Positions 54,686-63,529 of a DNA stretch of 64,000 bases are shown here, piece after piece. Source of the DNA: Bacillota bacterium (GTDB taxonomy: Bacteria > Bacillota > Clostridia > Christensenellales > SZUA-584). The position numbers and the translations under genes are program-made. Every line of letters begins with the position of its first letter. Within the stretch, counting starts at the first letter, position 1. Location of the stretch: positions 9,439-73,438 of the forward strand of contig JAEYZN010000039.1 of NCBI GenBank assembly GCA_023428025.1. Direction: 5' to 3'. The notes under the pieces were generated by a model. The model saw only the letters and a list, made by a program, of their open reading frames with translations, did no database searches and was not told where the DNA came from.

Positions 54686-56014
54686 TTAATCTATAAAAAC
54701 GGGATTTGTCAGCGCATAATCGCCGTTCTCACCGCGCACCTCCAGCACCACCCAGTCTCCCGCCTGCAGCGCGGCCGTCACCGTGTTTTCCGCCGTCAGC
54801 CCTGTTATCTCTTCCTCGTGCAGCGGCTCGCCGTTTTTCACGAGGCGGTAGCTTATCAGGCCCCTGTTGGACTGGATGCGCACATGGATGTTCTTCTCGC
54901 CCGCGGCGGAAGCTTCGCCGGGTATCGCGTCGTCCACGTCCAGAAACGCGAGCGGGTTGTTGGTGATGAAGCTGTTGCCGCTGCGCAAAGCGTCGAGCAC
55001 GCCCTGAGCGCCGGTCGTCTTCGTCAGGACGGAATTGCGGGGCGCGCCGCTGTACATGGACGTCATGAACCAGCGCTCATCGTCGCTTTTATATTCCTCG
55101 GCAAAAAACATCCGGTTGCCGCCAATATCATGGTTGTCCGATCCGCCGGTCGCGGGCAGATACAGCCCGTCGTTGAGCATCTCATACCACTTCTTGAGCG
55201 TCAGGTTGTTGGGCTCGCCGTCCACATAAGGCGGCATGCTCTTACCGTTCCACACCTCCATGATGTCGAACCGGCGCACCAGGTCCCAGTCGTCGAACGT
55301 GAACCCGTCGCGCAGCGGGTGGTTGATCTGCAGCAGGGCGTCCGCCGATTCCCGCACCGCCCCGACGATGCGCTCGATATCCGCCGCGCCGCCCGACACG
55401 TCGCTGTCCACCACGCGGTCGAAGTTGATCGCGTTGAAATGCCCCTTGTCCGTGGTGATCTCGATGCCCGCGACGGGGATGAAGCCATCCAGCTGCGCGC
55501 TTAAAAACTCCGCGTTGGCGCGCACCTCGTTGTGGTCGGTGACCACGCCGAACCCCATGCCCGCCGAGAGATCGGAGAGCAGTATATCCGCCGGGCTGTC
55601 GGTGCCGTCAAAGCTGTAGACGCTGTGCTGGTGCAGGTCCCCCGCGATCCAGTCCGTGTCGTACAGCTTCTTCAGCGGCACGCCGCCCAGATATTTTGCC
55701 TTTCTGTCCGTGACCTCCACCGTCATCGCCTTGCGTTCGTATTCGGAGCCTTTGGTGATCTCCACGGCGTAGCTGCCCAGCGGCAGCGTGACGGCAAAGC
55801 GGCCCAGCATGTCGGTATTGATCCGCGCCAGGTAATCCTCTCCCGTAATCACGAGCTGCGCGATCAGCCCGTCGCCCTGTGTGTCGGTGACAAAGCCGGA
55901 GACGGTCGCTTCACGCACCGCCGTCTCCTCCGCTGATACCTGGGCGGATGCCCCGCACCCTGCAAATAAAGCAATCAATAGCACGAACCCCACGCCAAAG
56001 ATTTTTCTTTTCAT
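54686..56014 (-). CDS. Secreted CehA/McbA-type PHP-domain metallohydrolase with carboxypeptidase-regulatory-like N-domain
   Basis: Lipobox LFAGC, GDLHQHSVYS...TDHN PHP motifs. 25 nt upstream of the DUF4430 gene. Confidence 0.8.
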   Translation of the reverse strand: MKRKIFGVGFVLLIALFAGCGASAQVSAEETAVREATVSGFVTDTQGDGLIAQLVITGEDYLARINTDMLGRFAVTLPLGSYAVEITKGSEYERKAMTVEVTDRKAKYLGGVPLKKLYDTDWIAGDLHQHSVYSFDGTDSPADILLSDLSAGMGFGVVTDHNEVRANAEFLSAQLDGFIPVAGIEITTDKGHFNAINFDRVVDSDVSGGAADIERIVGAVRESADALLQINHPLRDGFTFDDWDLVRRFDIMEVWNGKSMPPYVDGEPNNLTLKKWYEMLNDGLYLPATGGSDNHDIGGNRMFFAEEYKSDDERWFMTSMYSGAPRNSVLTKTTGAQGVLDALRSGNSFITNNPLAFLDVDDAIPGEASAAGEKNIHVRIQSNRGLISYRLVKNGEPLHEEEITGLTAENTVTAALQAGDWVVLEVRGENGDYALTNPVFID

Positions 56015-56234
56015 CCGGGAACCCCTCTCTTGCAGGACATTGTATCCCAACAAGATCAACTCAGTATTTGACAACTGTTAAACATCAGTAAAAACGATGC
56101 GGAGGCCGAGCGCCGTTTCGGCTTTCTTTATTCAATAATTTCGAGAAAATTTGGCTAAATCTTTTGCCTAATTGCTGCCTTTCATATATAATATGGCACA
56201 TGAATTTATCGCATGAGGATCGGGGAAACGCATT

Positions 56235-57593
56235 ATGAAGATCATCATCGTGGGTGACGGCAAGGTGGGCTATGCGCTGTCCGAGAGCCTGTCCAAAGAG
56301 GGACATGACATCACCATCATCGACAACCAGACCCATGTGCTGAAAAAATCCGTCGATTCCCTCGACGTGATCGCCATACGCGGCAACGGCGCCAGCTCCG
56401 CCGTGCAGCAGCAGGCGGGCGTGTCCGAGGCCGACCTGCTGATCGCCGCCACCTCGATGGACGAGGTCAACATGATCTGCTGCCTGGTCGCCAAGAAGCT
56501 GGGCGCGCGGCGCACCATCGCGCGCATCCGCAATCCCGAATACAACGAGCAGCTGAAGTTGATGCAGCAGGAGATGGGCCTCTCGATGGTCGTGAACCCG
56601 GAGCTCGCCGCCGCCACCGAGATCGCGCGGCTCATCAACTTCCCGTCCGCCATCAACATCGGCACGTTTGCCAAGGGCAAAGTGACGCTGATCGAATTCA
56701 GGGTGGAGGAGGGCAGCCCGCTCACCGGCAAGCCGCTGTTTACCCTGCAGGGCCGTGTCGCATCCCGGATCATCATCAGCGCCGTCAGCCGGGGCGGTGA
56801 GATGTATATCCCCAATGGCGATTTTGTCATTCAGCCCGGAGACAACGTTTACATCGCGGGCACCGAAAAAAGCATACTCGGCTTCCTGCACTCCCTCGGC
56901 ACCAACGACAAGAAGATCAAATCGGTGTTCATTGTGGGCGGCGGCCTCATCACGTTTTATCTGAGCCGCATGCTTATTGACAGCGGCATCAGCGTTAAAA
57001 TTATTGAAAGAAAAGAACAGAAATGCGAGCAGCTTTGCGAGCGGATACCTGAAACACTGGTGATATACGGCGATGGCACCGAAAAGGAACTGCTGGACGC
57101 GGAGGGTCTGTCGTATGCCGACGCACTGGTGGCTCTCACCGATATGGACGAAGAAAACCTGATCATCTCGATGTATGCCGCCTATAAGGGCGTTCCACGG
57201 GTTATCACCAAGATCAACCGGCTCGAATACGCCAGCGTCATCAAGAAGGCGGGCATCGACCGCGTCATCAGCCCCAAGTACATCGCCGCCAACGAGATCG
57301 TGCGGTATGTGCGCAGTATGGAGAGCATGGGCGGCGGCGAAATAAAAACGCTGTACCGCATATTCGGCCACCACGCGGAAATGCTGGAGTTTGTTGCGAC
57401 ACCGCTCACCCGGCACCTGCGCGTGCCGCTGGCCGAGCTGCCGATTAAAGACAACGTGCTGATTACGGCCATCGTGCGCGGCGGCAGCGTGGTCATACCC
57501 CGTGGCAAAGACCAGATTCTTGAGGACGACACCATCATCGTGATCACCACGCTGGGCCGTCTGGAGGATCTGAACCAGATCTTTAAGGATTGA
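56235..57593 (+). CDS. trkA: Trk potassium uptake system, NAD-binding subunit TrkA
   Basis: Two RCK repeats, each starting with a GxGxxG fold (IIIVGDGKVG; FIVGGGLITF). Confidence 0.95.
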   Translation: MKIIIVGDGKVGYALSESLSKEGHDITIIDNQTHVLKKSVDSLDVIAIRGNGASSAVQQQAGVSEADLLIAATSMDEVNMICCLVAKKLGARRTIARIRNPEYNEQLKLMQQEMGLSMVVNPELAAATEIARLINFPSAINIGTFAKGKVTLIEFRVEEGSPLTGKPLFTLQGRVASRIIISAVSRGGEMYIPNGDFVIQPGDNVYIAGTEKSILGFLHSLGTNDKKIKSVFIVGGGLITFYLSRMLIDSGISVKIIERKEQKCEQLCERIPETLVIYGDGTEKELLDAEGLSYADALVALTDMDEENLIISMYAAYKGVPRVITKINRLEYASVIKKAGIDRVISPKYIAANEIVRYVRSMESMGGGEIKTLYRIFGHHAEMLEFVATPLTRHLRVPLAELPIKDNVLITAIVRGGSVVIPRGKDQILEDDTIIVITTLGRLEDLNQIFKD

Positions 57594-57603
57594 TGGTGAC
57601 GGC

Positions 57604-59055
57604 ATGAATTTCGGCGTGATCAAATACCTGTTTGCTTTGGTTTTGCGGTTTGAGGCGGCCTTCATGGGTCTGTCTCTCCTTGTGTCGCTGTTGTACGGCG
57701 AATACCGCACAGCGCTTGTGTTTGCCGCCATCATCACCGGCATGGCGCTGATCAGCCTGGCTCTGGGCAAGAAGCCCGCCAACCGCTCGTTTTACGCCAA
57801 GGAGGGCGTCATCGCCGTCTCGCTCTCGTGGATCATCATATCGGTGTTCGGCGCGCTGCCGTTCTGCATCAGCGGCGCGATCCCATCGTTTGTGGACAGC
57901 CTGTTTGAGACGGTGTCCGGCTTCACCACCACCGGAGCCAGCATCCTCACCGACGTGGAAGTGATGGAGAAGGGCTTGTTGTTTTGGCGCAGCTTCACCC
58001 ACTGGATCGGCGGCATGGGCTTCCTCATATTCATCATGTCGATACTGCCCATGTCCGGGGCGGACCCGCTGCACATGATGCGCGCGGAAAGCCCGGGGCC
58101 CACCACCGAGAAGCTGGTGCCCAAGGCGCGCCAGACCGCCAAGATACTCTATATGGTCTACATCGGCCTCACGCTGCTGATGATCGTGCTGCTGCTGCTG
58201 GGCGGCATGCCGCTGTTCGACAGCGTGACGCATACCTTCGGCACCGCGGGCACAGGCGGCTTCTCCATCAAGAATGCTTCCATAGGATACTACAACAGCG
58301 TATATATCGACGTGGTGATCACCGTTTTCATGGCGCTCTTCGGCATCAACTTCAGCGCGTACTTCCTGCTGCTCATGGGCAAATTCCGAAAGTTCCTGCG
58401 CCACGAGGAGATGCGCGTATATCTCGCCATCATGGTACTGTCCATGCTGGCCATCGCCATCAACCTCACCGGCACGGTATACGGCAATTTCGCCGAAGCG
58501 TTCCGGTACTCATCCTTTCAGGTGTCCTCCGTGATGACCACCACGGGATACGCCACGGCGAATTTCTCGCATTGGCCCACGTTCAGCCGTTTTCTGCTGG
58601 TGCTGCTGATGTTCATAGGCGCTTCCGCGGGCTCCACGGGCGGCGGCATCAAGATATCCCGGTTCATCATCATGTTCAAAACCTTAAAGCGTGAGGCGCT
58701 ACGCATCCTGCATCCGCAGGCCGTGCGGCTGATCAAGCTGGACAACATTGCGCTTCCGGAAGAGGTCATTCACGGCACCGGCACGTTCATCGTGGTGTAC
58801 ACCGGCATCACGGCGCTTTCCGTGTTGCTGGTCTCCATAGACGGTTTGGATCTTGAGACCTCCGCTTCCGCCGTGGCCGCGTGCATCAACAATATCGGGC
58901 CAGGCCTCGGTCTGGTGTCTCCCGTCGGCAACTATTCCATGTTTTCAGCGTTCAGCAAGATTGTGCTGCTGCTGGACATGCTGGTGGGCCGCCTGGAGAT
59001 CTACCCCATGCTGGTGCTGATATCCCCCGCGATATGGCGCCGGAAAAGACTGTGA
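57604..59055 (+). CDS. trkH: TrkH-family potassium transporter
   Basis: 483 aa, polytopic, selectivity-type GFTTTGAS / TAGTGGFS / TTTGYAT / STGGGIK loops. Confidence 0.95.
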   Translation: MNFGVIKYLFALVLRFEAAFMGLSLLVSLLYGEYRTALVFAAIITGMALISLALGKKPANRSFYAKEGVIAVSLSWIIISVFGALPFCISGAIPSFVDSLFETVSGFTTTGASILTDVEVMEKGLLFWRSFTHWIGGMGFLIFIMSILPMSGADPLHMMRAESPGPTTEKLVPKARQTAKILYMVYIGLTLLMIVLLLLGGMPLFDSVTHTFGTAGTGGFSIKNASIGYYNSVYIDVVITVFMALFGINFSAYFLLLMGKFRKFLRHEEMRVYLAIMVLSMLAIAINLTGTVYGNFAEAFRYSSFQVSSVMTTTGYATANFSHWPTFSRFLLVLLMFIGASAGSTGGGIKISRFIIMFKTLKREALRILHPQAVRLIKLDNIALPEEVIHGTGTFIVVYTGITALSVLLVSIDGLDLETSASAVAACINNIGPGLGLVSPVGNYSMFSAFSKIVLLLDMLVGRLEIYPMLVLISPAIWRRKRL

Positions 59056-59222
59056 CCGACGGCACGCCATATGCGGCGTCGCCACAATGGCACAGCCTTC
59101 TTCAAACATGTATTGCCCCGCGCCTCACACCGGTATATTCTACCCCCGATAAAGCAGCACCCTGCACGGCCTTATAGCAGAAGCGGCCCCGCGTGTCCCG
59201 CCGTCCGGAACATTTCCGATGC

Positions 59223-59351
59223 TCAGCGCGATTTGCGCCGCTCGATGATCTGCCGAATCAGCAGCACCAGGCACACCACCACAGCTGCGATGGCGGCAGC
59301 CAGCAGCACGATTTCAAAAACATTTGGAGTGCTTACTGTTGCATCGGACAT
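59223..59351 (-). CDS. 42-aa single-TM peptide (not in ORF track)
   Basis: AAGGAGGAGG RBS. MSDATVSTPNVFEIVLLAAAIAAVVVCLVLLIRQIIERRKSR. Confidence 0.45.
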   Translation of the reverse strand: MSDATVSTPNVFEIVLLAAAIAAVVVCLVLLIRQIIERRKSR

Positions 59352-59581
59352 TGCGCTACCTCCTCCTTATGGGCCGCAATGTGCGGCGTGCGCTGAAATA
59401 TCAGCCAAGCGAACGCCGGCACGCCCAGCAGCCTATAAAGATCACAGGCAGACGGGCCGTCCAGAGCGCCGGAAAACATCGCGCCCGGGAAGTCGTCATC
59501 GATGGAAACGGCAAGCCGCCCCCACAGCAACAGCATAAGCCCGGCTGTTGCCGCAATAAGCCAAAGCCATATTCTTTTCAT
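59333..59581 (-). CDS. 82-aa hypothetical membrane protein
   Basis: AAGGA RBS and an N-terminal TM helix. Overlaps the next small ORF by 19 nt. Confidence 0.35.
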   Translation of the reverse strand: MKRIWLWLIAATAGLMLLLWGRLAVSIDDDFPGAMFSGALDGPSACDLYRLLGVPAFAWLIFQRTPHIAAHKEEVAQCPMQQ

Positions 59582-59717
59582 TTCAATTATCCTTTATAGT
59601 TTGGGTTCGATTGGGCGTTTGTGAGCGGATACAGTTGTTGCACGTGGTATATTATAGCACGCAATACAAAAAAATCTATGAAAACATTCTTTAAGTTTAT
59701 GTTTTTCAATTTCCCTG

Positions 59718-59767
59718 TTGACTTATATCACGCCATGATATATTATATTTACATCACGTTATGATAT
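59718..59767 (+). promoter_or_regulatory. padR promoter with two tandem palindromic operators
   Basis: TTGACT 59718-23, 17 nt, TATTAT 59741-46. ATATCA-N5-TGATAT (59725-41) and ACATCA-N5-TGATAT (59751-67). Confidence 0.6.
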
Positions 59768-59793
59768 AGTTCGTTGTGATATAAGGAGACAGT

Positions 59794-60111
59794 ATGAACA
59801 TCGAAAAGGCCCGGCAACGCTATATCCCGATGAGCGAGACGATGTTGTACATCCTGCTCTCGCTGCGCCAGGAGCGCCACGGCTACGGCATCATGCAGCA
59901 TGTGAAGGCGCTGACGGACGGGCGCATCGTGTTGGGCGCGGGCACCATTTATCAGAGCATCGGCAAGCTGGAGTCGGATGGCCTCATCCGTGCGGGCCGC
60001 GAGGAAAACCGCAAGAAGTATTACGCGATCACGCCGCTGGGCAGTGCGATACTGAACGAGGAAGCCGTAAGAATCCGCGAGGTTTACCGCCATTTGGAGG
60101 TGCTGGAATGA
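59794..60111 (+). CDS. PadR-family transcriptional regulator
   Basis: MLYILLSLRQERHGYGIMQHV...GTIYQSIGKLESDGLI. Confidence 0.9.
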   Translation: MNIEKARQRYIPMSETMLYILLSLRQERHGYGIMQHVKALTDGRIVLGAGTIYQSIGKLESDGLIRAGREENRKKYYAITPLGSAILNEEAVRIREVYRHLEVLE

Positions 60112-60641
60112 AAAACATCAGAAGATATTGGCTGACGCCGTTTAAGTATGTGGTTCCGGCGGATTACGAGAATTGGTTTGAAGAGCTGGCCGCTGCGGGC
60201 TGGCATCCGGTGAAGGTGGGCCAGTGGAGCAGCCTCGCGATGCGCTTCGCCCAAGGCGCGCCCAGGAAATACCGCTATGTGGTGGATGTGCAGCCCACAC
60301 CCAGGCGGGACTATATGCGCGCGTATGAGGACTTCGGCTGGGAGTTCGTCGGGCAGATGGCGAGCGTGTTTGTGTGGCGGCGCGTGTATGACGGCGAACG
60401 CCCCGAATCGTTCACCGACGCGCCCAGCCGGCGCGGGCGTAACAGGCGCTTTATCTGGGCTGTGTCCTTGTCGTTCGCGATGGCTTTGCTGGGCAGCTTG
60501 ATAACCGGCGGGGCTGCGATTTTCGCGCCGCTGGACGCTTCCCGCAGATGGGAACTGGGCATCATGGCGGTGCTTTTAATCGCGGCGGCCGCCGCATTGG
60601 GCGCCGTGATGGTACGCATACGCAAAAACATGGACCGGTAG
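60108..60641 (+). CDS. DUF2812-like membrane protein partnered with PadR
   Basis: ATGA overlap with padR. YENWFEELAAAGWH... is the typical DUF2812 N-terminus. Two C-terminal TM helices. Confidence 0.7.
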   Translation: MKNIRRYWLTPFKYVVPADYENWFEELAAAGWHPVKVGQWSSLAMRFAQGAPRKYRYVVDVQPTPRRDYMRAYEDFGWEFVGQMASVFVWRRVYDGERPESFTDAPSRRGRNRRFIWAVSLSFAMALLGSLITGGAAIFAPLDASRRWELGIMAVLLIAAAAALGAVMVRIRKNMDR

Positions 60642-60728
60642 AGACCGTTTCATGAAGCAGATTTAAAAAGGCGGACGGGCTGTGGGTTCACCCATGTAAG
60701 CCTTTTATATCGCCATAAATACCAACCT

Positions 60729-62402
60729 TCAGCCGCCCGGCTCATCCCACGAGCGCGTGTTCTCGTAGCGCTCCACCAGCTCGTTCGCATCCCTGATGAT
60801 ACGCGCGTCGAAGCCGAGATGTTCGAGCAAGCGTATCGCGTTGCGCGTCTGCGACGGCCCCGGCTTGATCAGATAGTCGAACCGGATGCCCTCCGGCGTC
60901 ATCGTCTCGCGGAAATGGTAATTGTCGTACACGCCCGCCAGCAGGCGCGTCAGTTCAATATCGTGCGTGGCCACGGCGAACAGGCCGTCCCGACCGCGCA
61001 GGTATCGCAGCACCGCGGCGGACGCGGCGATGCGCTCCACCGTGTTGGTGCCTTTGAGTATCTCGTCGATATAGCACACGCAATTCACCTCGCGCAGCTT
61101 GTCGATGATGCGCCTCAGAGACTTGATCTCGGTCATGAAGTAGCTCTCGCTCGCGGCGATATCGTCCCGCACCGCCATCGACGTCATCACCAGCGCGGGC
61201 CGCGTGCAAAAAGCCGCCGCCGTACAGGTGTGCACCGTCTGTGCGAGTATGCCGTTTATCGCCACCGCCTTGATGAACGTGGATTTGCCGGACGCGTTGG
61301 AGCCGGAAACCAGGCTGGACGCGTTCAGCGCCGCCGTGTTGGGCACCGGCTTGTCCAGCAGCGGGTGGCAGATATCCTCCGCCTCGATGCGGTTTTCAGT
61401 GATGAATTCAGGGCGCGACCACAGCGGCAGACTCTTGCGGTAAGACAGCACCGCGATCATCGCGTCCAGCTCACCCACGCCGCGGTACAGCTGCCGGAAC
61501 TCCGCCTGATGGCGCTCCAGCGTGCCGATGATGCGGTTGAACCCGCGTATGTTGCTCAGCGACAGGATGTGGAAGTATTCGGCGAAGGCGTCCGCGTCGG
61601 ACATGCGCTCCGCCATCAGGCCGGACAGCCGCCCGCCCAGGCTTTTGAACCGAGCGAAGCTGTCCGCAATGGCCCGTCCCACCGGATGCGCGTCCTTGAG
61701 CGGCGTTTTGCCTATCTGACGGGCCCCCCACAGCAGCGCGGAAAAGCACCGCAGCGACGCCAGCTCCACCTCCATGCGGCGCTTGAAGCGGTAATAGACC
61801 ACGCCGTTCGTCACGACCGACGCGGCCAGCAGCAATCCGCCCGCCGCCCTGTTCACGAACAGCAGCGCCAAAGCCGCCAGCGGCAGCAGCGCCAGCACAC
61901 GGTACAGCCACGGATGCCTGATGCGTTTGGCCGAAATATCGTAACAATACGCATACAGCGCGTTGCCCGGCATTTTACCCATCTTGGACAGCAGCACCTG
62001 CAGGTCCAGCCGCTGCTCCGGGTGCGCGTCCAGCCAGTCCAGCAGCGCCTCGCGCGTGTGCAGAGCCTCCATGTCGAACGACGGCTCATGCAGCAGCGCG
62101 TAGAGGTATTCCTCCCCCACGGACGTCTGGCAGGCGTTGAGCTTGTCCAGCACCTTGTCCATATCGAGGTCGTTCCAGGTGATGTCGTCCACGTGGTGCG
62201 GCACCTCTTTTTTCCGCAGCTGCCAGTAGCCCGACACGTCGATGCGGTCTTCCGGCGGCTTTACGGGCATGCCAAAGGACGCGGCCAGACGGGCGCGGCG
62301 CTTTTTGTTGCCGGTCATCATCAGGGTGGCGATCACCACTGCCGCGGCTATCACCGCCAGTATGATCCACAACACGGGGTTCGCAAATATCACGGCGCTC
62401 AT
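60729..62402 (-). CDS. Membrane-anchored MutS-related ATPase (MutS domain III/V only)
   Basis: N-terminal TM helix plus internal TM pair, Walker A GSNASGKST, Walker B YIDEILKGTN. AAGGAG RBS before ATG 62402. Confidence 0.8.
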   Translation of the reverse strand: MSAVIFANPVLWIILAVIAAAVVIATLMMTGNKKRRARLAASFGMPVKPPEDRIDVSGYWQLRKKEVPHHVDDITWNDLDMDKVLDKLNACQTSVGEEYLYALLHEPSFDMEALHTREALLDWLDAHPEQRLDLQVLLSKMGKMPGNALYAYCYDISAKRIRHPWLYRVLALLPLAALALLFVNRAAGGLLLAASVVTNGVVYYRFKRRMEVELASLRCFSALLWGARQIGKTPLKDAHPVGRAIADSFARFKSLGGRLSGLMAERMSDADAFAEYFHILSLSNIRGFNRIIGTLERHQAEFRQLYRGVGELDAMIAVLSYRKSLPLWSRPEFITENRIEAEDICHPLLDKPVPNTAALNASSLVSGSNASGKSTFIKAVAINGILAQTVHTCTAAAFCTRPALVMTSMAVRDDIAASESYFMTEIKSLRRIIDKLREVNCVCYIDEILKGTNTVERIAASAAVLRYLRGRDGLFAVATHDIELTRLLAGVYDNYHFRETMTPEGIRFDYLIKPGPSQTRNAIRLLEHLGFDARIIRDANELVERYENTRSWDEPGG

Positions 62403-62677
62403 ACGCGCTCCTTTCTGTATGCTCTCTCCCATATTATAGGCCCATCCGCCCCTGTCCGCAACTTTTGAGGCGCATAAAAAGACGCCACTGTCACGGCGCC
62501 TCAGGCTATGCATCCATTAAGAAGAAATCCTGTGAGCGGCCTGCGGCTTGCGTAACGCAATAAAGGGCGCAGGCGAGGGAAGGATACGCCGCCGCTCCGC
62601 ATCCGGCCTGCGGCAATCAAGCCGTCGAAGACGTTAACAGCCTTGTCATTCGAGTTTCTTCACTTTGGCTTCCCTGC

Positions 62678-63529
62678 TCATGCCTTGTGCTTGATGAACG
62701 TGCCGTCCTCCAGCTCCCAGAACGCCAGCCTCAGTTCATCCGGCGTGTTCATGACGATGGGCCCGCCCCACGCGATGGGCTCGCGCAATGGCCTGCCGCA
62801 CAGCAGCAGGAAGCGCAGCCCTTCCTCTCCCGCAGCCGCGCGAAAGCCGTCGCCGTCACCGAAGAGCACCGCGTGCTTCAGCGCCACCTTCTCCCCCGGC
62901 TCCGGCCCGAACATGCCTGCACCCGCCAGTATATATATGAACAGCATGCCTTCCGCGTCGGTATCCGCCTGCCACACCGCGCCCGGCTGCAGTGCCACAT
63001 CCAGATAGAGCGGCTGTACATAATCGCCCTGCGTCGCGCCTGCTGTGTCTTTATACGTTCCGGATATCACGCGCACTTCCGCGCCCTCTTCACGCACCGC
63101 GGGTATCTGCGCCTGTGTGATGCCGTTGTATTTCGGTTCGCCCATCTTGTGCGCCGCGGGCATGTTCAGCCACAGCTGCACGCCCAGCATGCGCTCGCTG
63201 GGTTTGGGCATCTCCTGATGGATGATGCCGGAGCCCGCCGTCATCCACTGGCACTCACCGTCTTCGATCACGCCCTTGTTGCCCAGGCTGTCGCCATGCT
63301 CGATGCGCCCGCTGATCAGGTACGTAATCGTCTCGATGCCCCGGTGCGGGTGCCACGGGAAGCCCTTGACGTAGTCGTCCGGGTTTGTCGAGTCGAACGC
63401 GTCCAGCATCAGGAACGGATCAAAATCCTGCGTGTCGTCCCGCCCCAGCACACGCACCAGATGCACGCCAGCGCCATCCACGGTGGCATGCCCCGTCACG
63501 ATTTTCCTCACCTGCCGTACACTGCTCAT
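62678..63529 (-). CDS. Pirin-family (bicupin) protein
   Basis: FPWHPHRGIETITYLISG...HGDS metal site. AAGGAG RBS before ATG 63529. Confidence 0.9.
   Translation of the reverse strand: MSSVRQVRKIVTGHATVDGAGVHLVRVLGRDDTQDFDPFLMLDAFDSTNPDDYVKGFPWHPHRGIETITYLISGRIEHGDSLGNKGVIEDGECQWMTAGSGIIHQEMPKPSERMLGVQLWLNMPAAHKMGEPKYNGITQAQIPAVREEGAEVRVISGTYKDTAGATQGDYVQPLYLDVALQPGAVWQADTDAEGMLFIYILAGAGMFGPEPGEKVALKHAVLFGDGDGFRAAAGEEGLRFLLLCGRPLREPIAWGGPIVMNTPDELRLAFWELEDGTFIKHKA

Noticed and set aside
56100-56234. Possible riboswitch (for example c-di-AMP/ydaO type) in the trkA leader.
   Set aside because: The leader is short and lacks the conserved ydaO/kimA core sequences as I remember them. Only a small GCCGA/TCGGC hairpin with a T-rich tail is present.
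59600-59625. tRNA-like T-loop sequence GGGTTCGATTGGG.
   Set aside because: The flanks cannot form a T-arm stem or an acceptor stem. No other tRNA hallmarks are present, and no tRNA-like structures were found elsewhere in the intergenic regions I inspected.
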